A stretch of 64,000 nucleotides of DNA from Nemertoderma westbladi (lineage: Eukaryota; Animalia; Xenacoelomorpha), in contig JAUCBJ010001957.1 in the NCBI GenBank assembly GCA_032718475.1, forward strand, positions 32,298 to 96,297. Reading direction: 5' to 3'. Numbering within the stretch: the stretch's first letter is position 1; the number at the start of each line of letters is the position of its first letter. Shown here piece by piece: positions 1 to 11,037 of this stretch. Below the pieces are notes generated by a model. It was not told where the DNA came from and searched no databases. It was given only the letters and a program-made list of their open reading frames with translations. The translations under genes and the position numbers were made by a program.

Positions 1-65
1 GCCACCATAAGTATGTGCCAGGTTATAAATTGAGTTGAAAATATGCTTAGTCTATGTAGCTAGCA

Positions 66-2128
66 CTATGGGACGATTGTTGCCTTAGAGATGGCGCACA
101 GGTCGGTATAATCGCCGAAAGAGACATCTTTGAGGTTGAGTCCAGATATAGCTGTCCGATGGGATGCGATTTCGTTGGAAGAAAGCTGGTCAGCTGCCAA
201 TTGGCGGTAATCGATAGTAGGAACATGAATCGCGGAGATTGTTGCACTGACTGCCTGAGAGAGTGCATCAGCAACCACATTATCAGAACCATTGATATGG
301 CGAACATCGGTGGTAATCTCTGATATGTATGAGAGTTGACGAGTTTGTCGTGGTGATCTGTCGGTGGATGTAGAGAAGGCGAAAGTCAAAGGCTTGTGGT
401 CGGTTAGGATATGGAACTTCCGGCCTTCAATAAAGTGTTGGAAATGTTTGACTGAGGTGAATATCGCCAACAGTTCACGGTCGAATGTACTGTATTTTGA
501 CTCAGCAGTAGTGGTGAGTTTCCTGGAGAAAAACGCCAGGGGTAGCCATGTATCAGAAACAGAGTTTAGCTGTTCATTTTGGGCTCCGACTGCGACATCT
601 GATGCATCGGTGCCGATCCTCATCTCACTCGCAGAAATAGGATGTATGAGAAGAGTTGCAGATGCTAATGTTGCCTTAGCAGCTTCAAAGGCGGACTGAC
701 ATTCGGTGGTCCAAGTGATGTCTTTCCCCTTTCCCTTAGTGGCATCATGGAGAGCTGCGAGAGTGGTAACAATACATGGCATAAAACGGTGATAGCAGTT
801 TATCATGCCAAGGAAACGTTGTAGGGCGAGTTTTGACTTGGGGTTGGGTATTCGAGGATAGCTGCAACATTAGAGGGAAGCGGAGCGATACCAGAAGCAC
901 TAACGCTGTGGCCAAGGTATGTTAGTTCTGATACACCGAACACACATTTACCTCTGTTTACTACCATCCCATTGTCCAGGAGGAGGCTGAATACCTGCTT
1001 TAAGTGGTTGACATGTTCCTCTGAAGTGGCGCTAGCAACGAGGATGTCATCGAGATATACAAATGCAAAGGGGACACAATGAAGGATACCATCCATAAGA
1101 CGCTGAAAGGTCTGTGCTGCATTCTTAAGACCGAATGGCATTCGTAGGAACTCGAATAGCCCAAATGGTGTTATAATGGCAGTTTTTGGTATATCGCTGG
1201 CATGTACAGGTATGTGGTGAAAACCTCGCACCAAGTCGATCTTTGAGAAAATGCTCATGTTCTCGAGTCTGGCATTAAAGTCATGGATGTGGGGTAGTGG
1301 ATAACGATCATCTATGGTGACATCGTTGAGCCGGCGGAAGTCTCCACATGGGCACCAGCCACCAGCAGGTTTGGGGGCGATATGGAGGGGAGAGGACCAA
1401 GGTGAATTAGATCGGTGAATGATTCCGAGTTCCTCCATTTTGGCAAATTCTGCCTTGGCGATGGCTAACTTGTCTGTATTGAGGCATCATGCATGAGCGT
1501 GGAGAGGTGGTCCCTCCTTTGTGAGAATGTGGTGTTCCACGCCATGTTTATTGGAGGCTTCAGCAAAGAAACGAGGAATAAGGAGATCAGGGTACTCGTC
1601 TATAATCTTGTCAAAGGCACTCTCAGATGGGGCATGGATGCCGGAAATGGAGGCCTGAATAGTGGATTCCTGGGGTGGGATCGTGGAAAGCAGCTCCATG
1701 TCTAGAAGGCGGCGCCCAGCCATGTCGATCGCTAAATGGTTATCTGTGAAAAAGTCGGCACCGAGTATGGGCTGAGAAACATCAGCAAGACGAAACTCGT
1801 GGGTGAATGATCGACAACATAGGAGAAGAGGGATGATTTGTGTACCCCAAGTGCGGATGATTGTGTCATTGGCGGCTATGAGAGACTCAGTTCAAGAGTT
1901 GAACCGTTTGTCGTGGGCAGAGGCAGGGTAGACTGAGTAATCTGCACCGCAGTCGACAAAGAAGTTGCGACCAGAGCGGCGGTCACTGACCATCATTGTT
2001 TTTCTCATCGTCGTTTGATCAAGGCCAACCGCGGAGACGTCTAGCGGCCGGCCTGGGAGTTTCCCAAGGTTGAAAACTTGGGCCGGATTGGGGTGGCTGC
2101 ATTCGGTACAAGGTGACAGAGGATGCAA
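66..2128 (-). pseudogene. pol: pol (protease, RT, RNase H) of the CsRn1-like element, frameshifted
   Basis: ORF pieces 2128-1892, 1723-1487, 1438-803 and 806-66 carry consecutive PR/RT/RH motifs. Confidence 0.9.
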
Positions 2129-2826
2129 CCATCATGGTTGTATTTACGGGCATTTTCTCCAAATCTATCGTGGAAATAACAAAGTTCATTCCGGGCTTCT
2201 GCTCTTTGCTTTGAAGAAGGCAGCACTGAATGCGTAGAGTTGATGCCTGGGTGGCCGACATTATTGCCTGAAGCTTCAATAATGTTATCTGCCTCTATTG
2301 CCAGTTGGTCAAGCTCTGACGTTTTGGAGCTAGCCAGGATACGGCGCACTTTGATAGGCATTTGAGCCAGGAAAAGAGCAAGGAATATTGTCTCAGGGTT
2401 GCCATTGAGAGAACGCATGTGTCGAAGCAGTCCCGATGGTGTACGATACCCAAGACCAGATAATGACAGTAATTCATTGTCTTTGGCCGCTTGAGATTTA
2501 CCAAAGGTTTTGATAAGGGCTGTCTTCAAAGTTTCATAGCGATCATCAATTGGAGGGCTGAGGATAATCGATCTAACTTCTTTAGCAGTGGCATTGTCCA
2601 GAGCTGCAACGATGTAATTAAACTGTGTCTTGTTGACAGTATTCAGGGGTGTTCTCGTTTCAAACTGCGCCTCCACCTGAGCGAACCAAACTTCTGGTTC
2701 GGCTATCCAGAACACAGGGAGTTTGACAGAAACGGATGAAATTACTGCTGCAGGAGATGGATCAGTGACAGACGTTGTTAGGTTTTTGATGGCCTGAGCT
2801 AGTAGCTGTATGTCGTTTTGATCCAT
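2041..2826 (-). CDS. gag: gag of the CsRn1-like element
   Basis: KLPxFW...WFAQVEAQF motif and CYFHDRFG Cys/His box; first ATG after the PBS is at 2826. Confidence 0.85.
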   Translation of the reverse strand: MDQNDIQLLAQAIKNLTTSVTDPSPAAVISSVSVKLPVFWIAEPEVWFAQVEAQFETRTPLNTVNKTQFNYIVAALDNATAKEVRSIILSPPIDDRYETLKTALIKTFGKSQAAKDNELLSLSGLGYRTPSGLLRHMRSLNGNPETIFLALFLAQMPIKVRRILASSKTSELDQLAIEADNIIEASGNNVGHPGINSTHSVLPSSKQRAEARNELCYFHDRFGENARKYNHDGCILCHLVPNAATPIRPKFSTLGNSQAGR

Positions 2827-2859
2827 CGCGTGTGTTTTTGCTTTGTAAAATGAGTTCGG

Positions 2860-2873
2860 CATCTGGGTCACCA
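2860..2873 (-). promoter_or_regulatory. Primer-binding site, tRNA-Trp type
   Basis: TGGTGACCCAGATG directly after the putative LTR, close to the tRNA-Trp PBS consensus TGGTGACCCCGACG. Confidence 0.75.
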
Positions 2874-2874
2874 G

Positions 2875-3037
2875 TTTAGCGTGAGATAGTGAGATAAGTT
2901 TAGTGTATTATTATCATTTGATCATTAAAATAATAGGTAATAAAAGTATTAATACATACATATACACGTTTATCAGTACAAAGTGTAGTGATCTAGCTAG
3001 CTAAAATAATCATTGTTTATTGTTTTGCCTAGCAACA
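2875..3037 (-). repeat. Putative 5' LTR (~160 bp) of the CsRn1-like element
   Basis: Begins TGTTGC on the minus strand at 3037, abuts the PBS and is AT-rich with AATAAA; partner LTR is outside the window. Confidence 0.55.
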
Positions 3038-5311
3038 TATCCACAATCCTTAGCTGGAAAACCTAGCAGCTAACGTTCTAGTTCCAGGGTCGCCACAATA
3101 GACAGCAATCCTCCCTGCGGGACTCCCCTCTTTATCAAGGCTCTGGCTGATTGAAGACAGTATACCATTTGGCTGCGTTCACTTAGGTACGATTTAAACC
3201 ATCCAACAGTGGCTGTAGAAAATCCATTTGCTCGGAGTTTGAATAAGAGCAGATCGTGATCAACAGTGTCAAATGCTTTGCGCAGATCTATAAATACAAC
3301 GCCAGTCATTCCCCCCCCCCCCCCCCCCCCCCCCATCTATACAGCAGCTTATTTGACGTAATTATTTAGATACATCAGACAAGTTTCAACTGAAAATCCT
3401 TTTCTGAATCCGGATTGTAAATGGTCTAATATGTTGTAGAGTACCCAGGTAGCACAGGACGTCCACGAAAGAAATTGAACGTTCATATTTGGTACTTTTT
3501 TTATGCGAATCTGAACATCAATGAAATATTGTTCAAAATTGGTAAAAATTGCTGACGTTGTGAGTAATTTACCAAATTGTGACGTTCACATTAGGTAATT
3601 TAACGTCCTAACTTTAAGAAATTGAATATGTACCAAAACAAACGAATATTGAACGTTCAAATTGCGTCCAGTTATGCGTTCATTTTTTTGTACCTAAATA
3701 TGTACGTTGTTTGAACATTTATGAACGTTCAAACATAATTTACTTTAACTTGTTATGTCAATGGCATGTTCAAACTTGTTCGTGATACAATTATCTGACT
3801 ATTTATTATTTTGCAATTATTTTTTATGTTGGTTAGCCTACTCCTTGTATGGTTGGTGTGGTTCCGCTTAGTTATATCTGGACTAATGGTTCATTCTCAA
3901 TACAAAACAATTACTTTAAGTAATCGAAATATTATTGATTTATTGAAATTATTGATTATTGAAATTATTGATAACCAATACAATGCTGACGCATATTTTA
4001 AACAACAAATAACATCAAAATTAGACAAAGGTGATTCTACTGATTACTAAAGCTAATACACTAGTACCATGTCACGAAAAATTGTAATAAAATTATTAGA
4101 ATATATTAGGCCTATTGAACCAAGAAAATAACAAACAAAGAAAACCGCAAAAGTTTGTCTATTTTGATACCAACTGACCAAATACCATTACATTATGTTG
4201 AGATAAATCGGACATATGGGCGTTGGAATGTTCAAACTTCTATCATGGGTAGGGTAATTTTTTTAAACGCAAAACATTATTTTTATTTTACAAATTTATC
4301 ATATTATATAAACCTTTCTTACGTTTCAATTGCTTTTTGTATGTATTATTGCCTTATTGCATAGATACAAAATTTAAAATATCAATTATAAGGTCATAAA
4401 ATTAATTAATTTTTTTAAGATTCATCAATATGAATAATCTATTTTGGCTGGAAATAAGATAAAATACAGAAATCTAACTAATCCAATGCGAATTTGTGGA
4501 TCATCACCATAATATATCATGGATACTCTTATATCACTATCGATTAAATAATTTCATATATACTCTGATGCTTCCTTCTCTAAATGTATAGGGTATTGTA
4601 GGTGTAGGGCCGTAGGATAGGGTGTAGGGATAGGATAAGGTAGGCTACCCCCCCCCCCCCCCCCTCCCCTCTCTACACAGAACATGCACCAATAAACAGT
4701 GATTGGTTGGTCTCACGTTAAATTTTTACGTTTATTCAACCTAATATGGACCTATAACACACCAGAAATGAACGTCTAGTGAACACGTCATTTGAACATA
4801 GATTGCCTGCGGTCTCTTTTACGTTCAATTGCCCGTTCATATTACGGTACTTCTGACGGCCAACTTTGAACTATTGAACGTTTAGCATCAATAGCATCTT
4901 ATGGGAGAAATACAACGTCATATGAACATAAATCCAGAACGTCTGGACGAATACTGAACGTAAATTTACCGTAAATTTACGTATTTGTGCTACCTGGGTA
5001 GGCCTACTAAATAATGAAATATATGATCACAAAAATTGGCTGATCGAAGACTTTCGATAGAATAGGAAGGACAGATACCGGCCTGTAATTGCTCCGTTCT
5101 AACCTCACTTCTTTCTTATAAGCAGGCGTGACTTTAGCCAATTTTAAATTAGACAGATAGGTGGAGGTTGCTATCGATCGATTAATTAGATGAGTTAGCA
5201 GTTCAGCAATTTCATCAGCAATATCCCTAATAAATGATGGACTTAGTTCATCAATAATGCCTGCATTTTTATCTGTCTTTATGTTCTTCAACACTTTTAG
5301 GACAGTCGGAT
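3038..5311 (-). mobile_element. CR1/L2-group LINE reverse-transcriptase fragment, split by a MITE
   Basis: 5294-5007 encodes NYRPVSVLPILSKVF; after the MITE, ~3440-3070 encodes QSGFRKGFSVETCL...VFIDLRKAFDTVDH...GVPQG. The two parts are collinear. Confidence 0.85.
3444..4998. mobile_element. Non-autonomous CACTA/EnSpm-type DNA transposon (MITE)
   Basis: TIRs CCCAGGTAGCACA / TGTGCTACCTGGG, 2-bp TSD TA, many subterminal (G)AACGT(T) motifs; interrupts the LINE RT. Confidence 0.85.
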
Positions 5312-5317
5312 ATGCCG

Positions 5318-8062
5318 TACGTATCCACGTACTGTATGTGCGTACGTATCCACGTATCTATATTACATTGAGCGATTTCACATAAGCGTAGGCGAATACT
5401 GTTTTCTGATTGGTCCAGATGAGATATGAGAAAAATTTCATACAAAATGCTTAGGCCTAAAGTCTGTAAGTTAAGTTAGATTCGACAATGTGCCCATATA
5501 TGGGACCGTTACAGTATGCTAAAAAGCGGAAACAACTGGAAACACGTCATTTTCGTACCGTGTAGATACGATTTGGAATACTATTCCCGAAAAGGTAATG
5601 GAATGATAATCACGATCTATCGCAATACTACAACTACAGTATGTTTAAAAATAAATTGAACCTGATGGATATCTCGGAAATCACTACTTTTGACAGATAG
5701 TTATGGTCTATATAATAATTATTTTTCCATTTGCGTGCACTTTTATTTATATTTAGTTACATTCTTACATTGAAATACTATACAGCACACATCTGCCTTT
5801 TATTGTCGGCAAGTCAGAATTAAATTAAAATTAATTATTTGTAATTTCCATAATTAACAAAGTCTGATTAAGACCATTATGATTTATGTATCATTACTGT
5901 AGGCCTATTATGATTAATGACAATAATTATTAGATTAGCACAACTCACTAAAAATAAAATTCAATATCTCAATGACACACGGTCTGAAAATATGACAGAC
6001 TACAGCAAGCATACTGCCTGACAGACAAATCCGAAACCTGGAAACACCGCGGTGGTACTGTAATGATAGGCCTACAGGTACAGAGACACTGTCAGACTGT
6101 TGACTTGACAATGATCTCCTATCTTATCTGGACCAATCAGGAAACAGTATTCGCCTACGCGTATGTATAGGCGTATGTCAAATCGCTCAATGTAATGTAT
6201 AGATACGTGGATACGTACTTACATACGTGTAAAAGTTTAACCCTATGTTTTCTGGTTTTATGCTATTTTAGTTGTTAGTATTCCATTAGGAACATATATC
6301 TGCATATGATATTGGACAGTTCAGTAGGGAACATACCCTTAAATAAGCTCCAAAAGTGGGTTCTTATTTAAGGAAAATGGCTCTTATTTAGGGGTTTTTG
6401 GGCCTTTTTTGGATATTTTTTCGACATAATATGCAAGAACATATGATATTGGACAGTTCAGCAGTTGGATATAGCAGAATAGACATGATATAGACATACT
6501 GCAGTACTGCTGTATTGTAGTGCTGCAGATTTAGACCTGGCCTACCTGAGACTGGCAGACTGGAGGGAGACTTTTGCAACTGCAGCTCAGCTGTACCAGA
6601 CTGTCTGTATCATTACCGTACCGCATACCGGCAGACCGGTAAAGCGTACCCCGTACTACTGTACAGCTGTACTACAGTCAGACAGTACTGCGGGCTGGCG
6701 GGGTTCCTTCCGTTCCTGATCAGCTGATATGACAGTACAGCAGTATCATACCAGGATACTTGATACTGCTGTACTGTTGACTGGTTGACTGTGTAGGGTA
6801 GGCCTTTTACTGCTGTACTGTAATGCCGGCACAGCATTCTTAAAAATGCAGCTGCAATGCAGCATGCCTGTAAAAGCTTTTGCGGAATTAGCCGGTTATT
6901 TTCCCCGTAAAGTACTCTGTAGTTGGTTTAACAGGCATAAAATGCCGTATCCTTACTGTACTGGTGTTTTAGTGGACATAAAAAGCCATTTCTTCTGTAT
7001 GTGTACTTTAGCGGACATAATTAGCAATTCTATGTCGCAATACGCGAAATCCTCTTGAAACAGTGTAGTTACTATGACGACAGCTAACAGCTGAGCTGTA
7101 CAAGTGTAGCTTTTCCTTGTTCTCTGGTGTTTCTTTGTTCGGTCAACCAATCAGAGCGATTCTCCTGCTTTTTGTACAGAAACCTCCGAGAAATCGCGCA
7201 ATGCATTATGGGTCATTGTTTACATTTTGTCCTGAGCCCAGAAGACCGGCTTTGGAATCTCTGTGTTTTCAGTCTTTAGCCCAACATTAGTAGGCTTAAT
7301 TATAGAACGTATATCTGTTATCAAACAAACCTTACTTACTTAACAATTCATACCATACCAAATCACATATCATAACAAGTTATACCTTAACATTGTACTG
7401 CTATTTACTGTCGGTTATTCATTATATCAGTTGATGGAATATTATTATATTTGGAATACCGATAAATAATTACAAAACCCTCAATCTTCTTGATATACTG
7501 AAGGTAAGAGAGACTGGTTACATATAACGATTGCGACTTACATTAAAGTGGTTTTTGAAGTGAATCTAATCACCAATGCTATTTCATAGGCACTACATGT
7601 ATTGGTTGTTGTTCTCTTTATATGTGACTAAAATTAGTGAAGGTCGGCAGATCGGTGTGCAGCATTGTGTATGATTGTGACTGATAACAAAGCATCTCCT
7701 AAAGAATGCGCTATATACGTGAATCCATAGCCATCCCGTTGTGTCTAGTTTAAGTCATAACTCTGTTTACATATCTAGAGCGCCACGTCCTAAAGGAACT
7801 GTTAATATTTCCCGAAAGTGAATAATATTTGTCAGAGATTATATATTACGATCAGTCGAATAATACAGTAGGCCTACACCGCAATAAGGTTAGGCTTCCG
7901 AATCCAGTCTCCCGGGTATATCCAGCGGGTGAATGGTCGCGCATAGACTGGCTTCGGCTAATGTAGTGTATCAAATACTCGTCATAGGCTAAAGACGATT
8001 TATTATCTAGAAGATATCCCAATTTGGCAGGTTAAACTGCTAAAGGTCTAAAAGCGCGAACA
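5318..8062 (+). repeat. 5' LTR of the giant BEL element (~2.75 kb)
   Basis: 5886-8062 is repeated in the 3' LTR with about 10 substitutions and 3 small indels. The 5' boundary is inferred from the TSD: (TG)TACG...CGAACA imperfect terminal inverted repeat. Confidence 0.75.
5334..6226. repeat. Fold-back segment: ~100-bp inverted repeats at 5334-5430 and 6117-6226
   Basis: GTACGTATCCACGTATCTAT...ATTACATTGAGCGATTT...GCGTAGGCGAATACTGTTT..TGATTGGTCCAGAT is present in both orientations. Confidence 0.8.
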
Positions 8063-8074
8063 ATAACAGATATA
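8063..8074 (+). promoter_or_regulatory. Candidate self-priming primer-binding site
   Basis: ATAACAGATATA immediately follows the LTR end and is the exact reverse complement of TATATCTGTTAT at 7310-7321 inside the LTR; no TGG-type tRNA PBS is present. Confidence 0.65.
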
Positions 8075-8349
8075 GCTTCTGTATTGCAGTAGGCAATAAA
8101 GCTGAAGTACCGGTCAGCCGGTCAACCGGTACCTAGTAGGCCTGACTACCTAACCACCCGGACCGGTACCTACAGCAGTACAGGTACAGCAGTATTATTC
8201 GATTTGATAATTATATACCGGTAGGCCTTAATATTGAATCAGGGAGGGCCCGCCCTGGTTTTTTATTGAGATTTTACTTATTTCTGTCAGTTTTATTTAT
8301 TTGTAGGCCAATATTGAGCAGAAGGCGTGTAAGCCTGCTCAGATTGTAC

Positions 8350-8925
8350 AGATAATTTGTAGGCTGGACTGTTGTCTGACTGTTGTTAAGTCTGAAGGGA
8401 CTGTAGTGTGTGTAGAGCGTATGTCCGAAAAAGTACTAGTTAGGAAAGTAGGGGCTTCCAGTGCTGTGAGGTAAACCCCCTCGAAAGAATAAGTCGTACT
8501 ACTCGGTTAGAACGCATACTAACTAACCATTTCGGAGTCTGCATATACTGTAGTGTATTTAGGCTTGATAGTAGTCTGCCAGCGTTTGGTCTGTACTTTG
8601 TTTGTGTAGTCTGTACGGGTAGCGTAATATTTCTTATTTAGATAATTTGTAGGCTGGATTTTGCCTGGCTGTTGTTAGGTCTGAAGAGATTTCGGTGTGT
8701 GTAGAGTGTATGTCCGATAAAGTGCCAGTTGGGAACGTAGGGGCTTCCTGTGCTGTGAGGTAAACCCCCTCGAAAGAATAAGTCGTACTACTCGGTTAGA
8801 ACGCATACTAACTAACCATTTCGGAGTCTGCATATACCGTAGTTTGTTTAGGCTTGATAGTAGTCTGTCAGTATTTGGTCTGCATTTTGTTTGAGTAGTC
8901 TGTACGCGTAGCGTAATATTTATTA
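8350..8925 (+). repeat. Two ~290-bp tandem repeats in the BEL 5' leader
   Basis: AGATAATTTGTAGGCTGGA...GTGCTGTGAGGTAAACCCCCTCGAAAGAATAAGTCG...AGCGTAATATTT starts at 8350 and again at 8640. Confidence 0.9.
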
Positions 8926-10311
8926 TTCAGAGTTTATGCGATTATTCGCAACATTCATATCCCCAAGTTTATTCCTACAGTAATTGTGCTTGTTATATAT
9001 ACCGTTATAGTTAAATTAACCCCGGTACTACATCAGGGCTGCTTGGCGTAGGTAAAGACTGGTGATTTTGTGCCCCGGTCACTCCAGCAGATACCGTGGT
9101 TCTTTTAGCTGTTCAAGTATTTTTAACTACTGATTATTTGTTGTATAAGTACTTGTACCTAATTTAGGGTTTAGTGTACAGTGCTTTCCGAAGTTGATTA
9201 GTGTGTGGGCAGTATATTTGTGTTGTAAAGTGGTTAATAGGCACGTTGGTTCTGGTAGACCGCGGTAATTAACTTCTAGGTAGGAACACTCCGTGATACA
9301 TAACGTAGTACTTATAGCGATACGGCTATAAGTCGTCAGACGGTGGTATTTTCCTATCTGGACAACGCAGTATATTTACTACTACTTATTATTTTCAAAT
9401 ACATTTTCCTATCTGGACAACGCAGTATATTTACTACTACTTATTATTTTCAAATACCGTAGTACCCTGTCCGTTGTAATAACCAGATATTCTAACCCTT
9501 TGTTAGGCTGGTTTGTAGACTTCTTGTAAAATTACCCTAAAATTTCGTACTTGTAATTTTTTGTGTTTATTTAGAGATTGTAATCTCACACCGAATTGTA
9601 CGTAATTTGTAGTATTAAGTAACTTAGGTAAATTAGAATTATTTGTTTTAGTGTCCAACAAGTAGCACTTCACTGAGAGCGCACAGCTTCTGTGTAGTGA
9701 CTCCCCCCAGAAATAATAACATTTATTTTAAATATTGACAAAAACCCATTAAACGGGTATATATATTATAAATCAACTCAAACGATTTATAAATAGTAGG
9801 CCTGCCATACAACAATTAGGTCTCAATATCAGTTGGACTACTGCTCAAATAACGGTAATAAAGTAAGTAAAGTAACCAAGTAACCCCTAAAAATTCAGAA
9901 ATTCAATTATTTAAAATAATTGACATACCGGTATTCACGATAGGCTTATTATTTATTTCTATAAATTTAGGCTAAATTATATACCGGTATTCTGTAATTA
10001 ATTCTAGTCTGTAATTATACTTATATATATACATTATAAGTGTAAGCTGTATACTGGTATTCACGATAGGCCTATTATATATTTATATATATTTGTGCTG
10101 AAATTATATACCGGTATTCTGTGACAAACCTAGTCTGTAATAATACTTATATATATACTATAGGCATACCGGTATTCTAATATATTATATATATATCACG
10201 CTACACTGAGTAGCAGTATCGGTAATCAATTACTAAGCTAACAGCGATACTGAATTACTAGACTTGCTTTAACTGTAATATAGCAGTAGGCATTCAACTG
10301 TACAAACAAAC

Positions 10312-11037
10312 ATGTCTGACACAAAGCAAAACCTGTCAGACAGTCTCCTAGATACGACCATCTGTGACCCAGACAGGAGTGTGGAACGTGTGAGACCGAA
10401 GTTCAACTCACCTCCTACTGTAAGAAAGATCATTCCCCCAGTAGTAATATCAGACCCTAGCCTAGTCCAACATCGTAGGTCTATCATAGGCACTCGAGCT
10501 CAGGTCAAGCAGGACCAAGAAGCAGCGGAACAGCAAATACCCGCGAGCCGAGAACTTATTTCTCAGCGGCCCGACAGCTCCAGTAGTGCGGATACTGTAG
10601 AGCTGACACCCGAGTGCGGAGCAAAGATGGCAGATGCGGTTTATTCGGATCCCCTTCTCATCCTTCCTGCAGCCGTACTCACTAGGGTATTGATTGCGGT
10701 GGAGGAACACCAGATTGATTGGGCGAGAAGTAAGCGATCGACCAAGGATAGTTATGCGGGATATACAAGGGAAGAACTGAAGTCTATTGTCGAGTCGCAA
10801 TGGAACTTCCCCGGACCCGGACTCCCGTTTGACTTATCGGAAGCTGCCTGGGAAGACATACACAGGATGGGAGTGACAAAGGAAACCAGCGATCCAACTG
10901 TGTGGAAGAGGTCAGCAGCCGGATACGTACAGGGATTCTTCAGCTCCATGGAGCGATTAGAGGAACAATTGTTTAGACAACCACAAGGACCTCAAGAGCA
11001 GGGAGAGCTGCTACCCAAGGAGGTGAGGTCTCTATAG
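10312..11037 (+). CDS. Hypothetical 241-aa protein (ORF0) upstream of BEL gag
   Basis: ATG-initiated, stop-free, ~50% GC island in an AT-rich leader; no recognisable motif. Confidence 0.55.
   Translation: MSDTKQNLSDSLLDTTICDPDRSVERVRPKFNSPPTVRKIIPPVVISDPSLVQHRRSIIGTRAQVKQDQEAAEQQIPASRELISQRPDSSSSADTVELTPECGAKMADAVYSDPLLILPAAVLTRVLIAVEEHQIDWARSKRSTKDSYAGYTREELKSIVESQWNFPGPGLPFDLSEAAWEDIHRMGVTKETSDPTVWKRSAAGYVQGFFSSMERLEEQLFRQPQGPQEQGELLPKEVRSL

Larger units (their letters stand above)
1..3037 (-). mobile_element. Decayed Ty3/gypsy LTR retrotransposon (CsRn1-like), continuing beyond the left window edge
   Basis: Minus-strand gag (VSVKLPVFWIAEPEVWFAQVEAQF), G-GGA-AAC slippery site at 2065-2059, protease (FFVDCGADYSV), RT (DLVRGFHHIPV...PFGLKNAAQTFQR...YLDD), RNase H (TDASD...YSTFDRELLA...TDHKPL...ADALS) and the start of integrase near base 60. 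Multiple frameshifts and stops. Confidence 0.92.

Noticed and set aside
6388-7150. Short ORFs repeated in both LTRs (63-86 aa)
   Set aside because: They recur only because the LTR is duplicated; no motifs, and one is altered by an indel between the copies.
8385-8730. Possible hammerhead ribozymes in the 290-bp repeats (CTGAAGG/CTGAAGA...GTCCGAAA/GTCCGATA)
   Set aside because: Neither copy has a full CUGANGA plus GAAA core, and stems I and III could not be formed.
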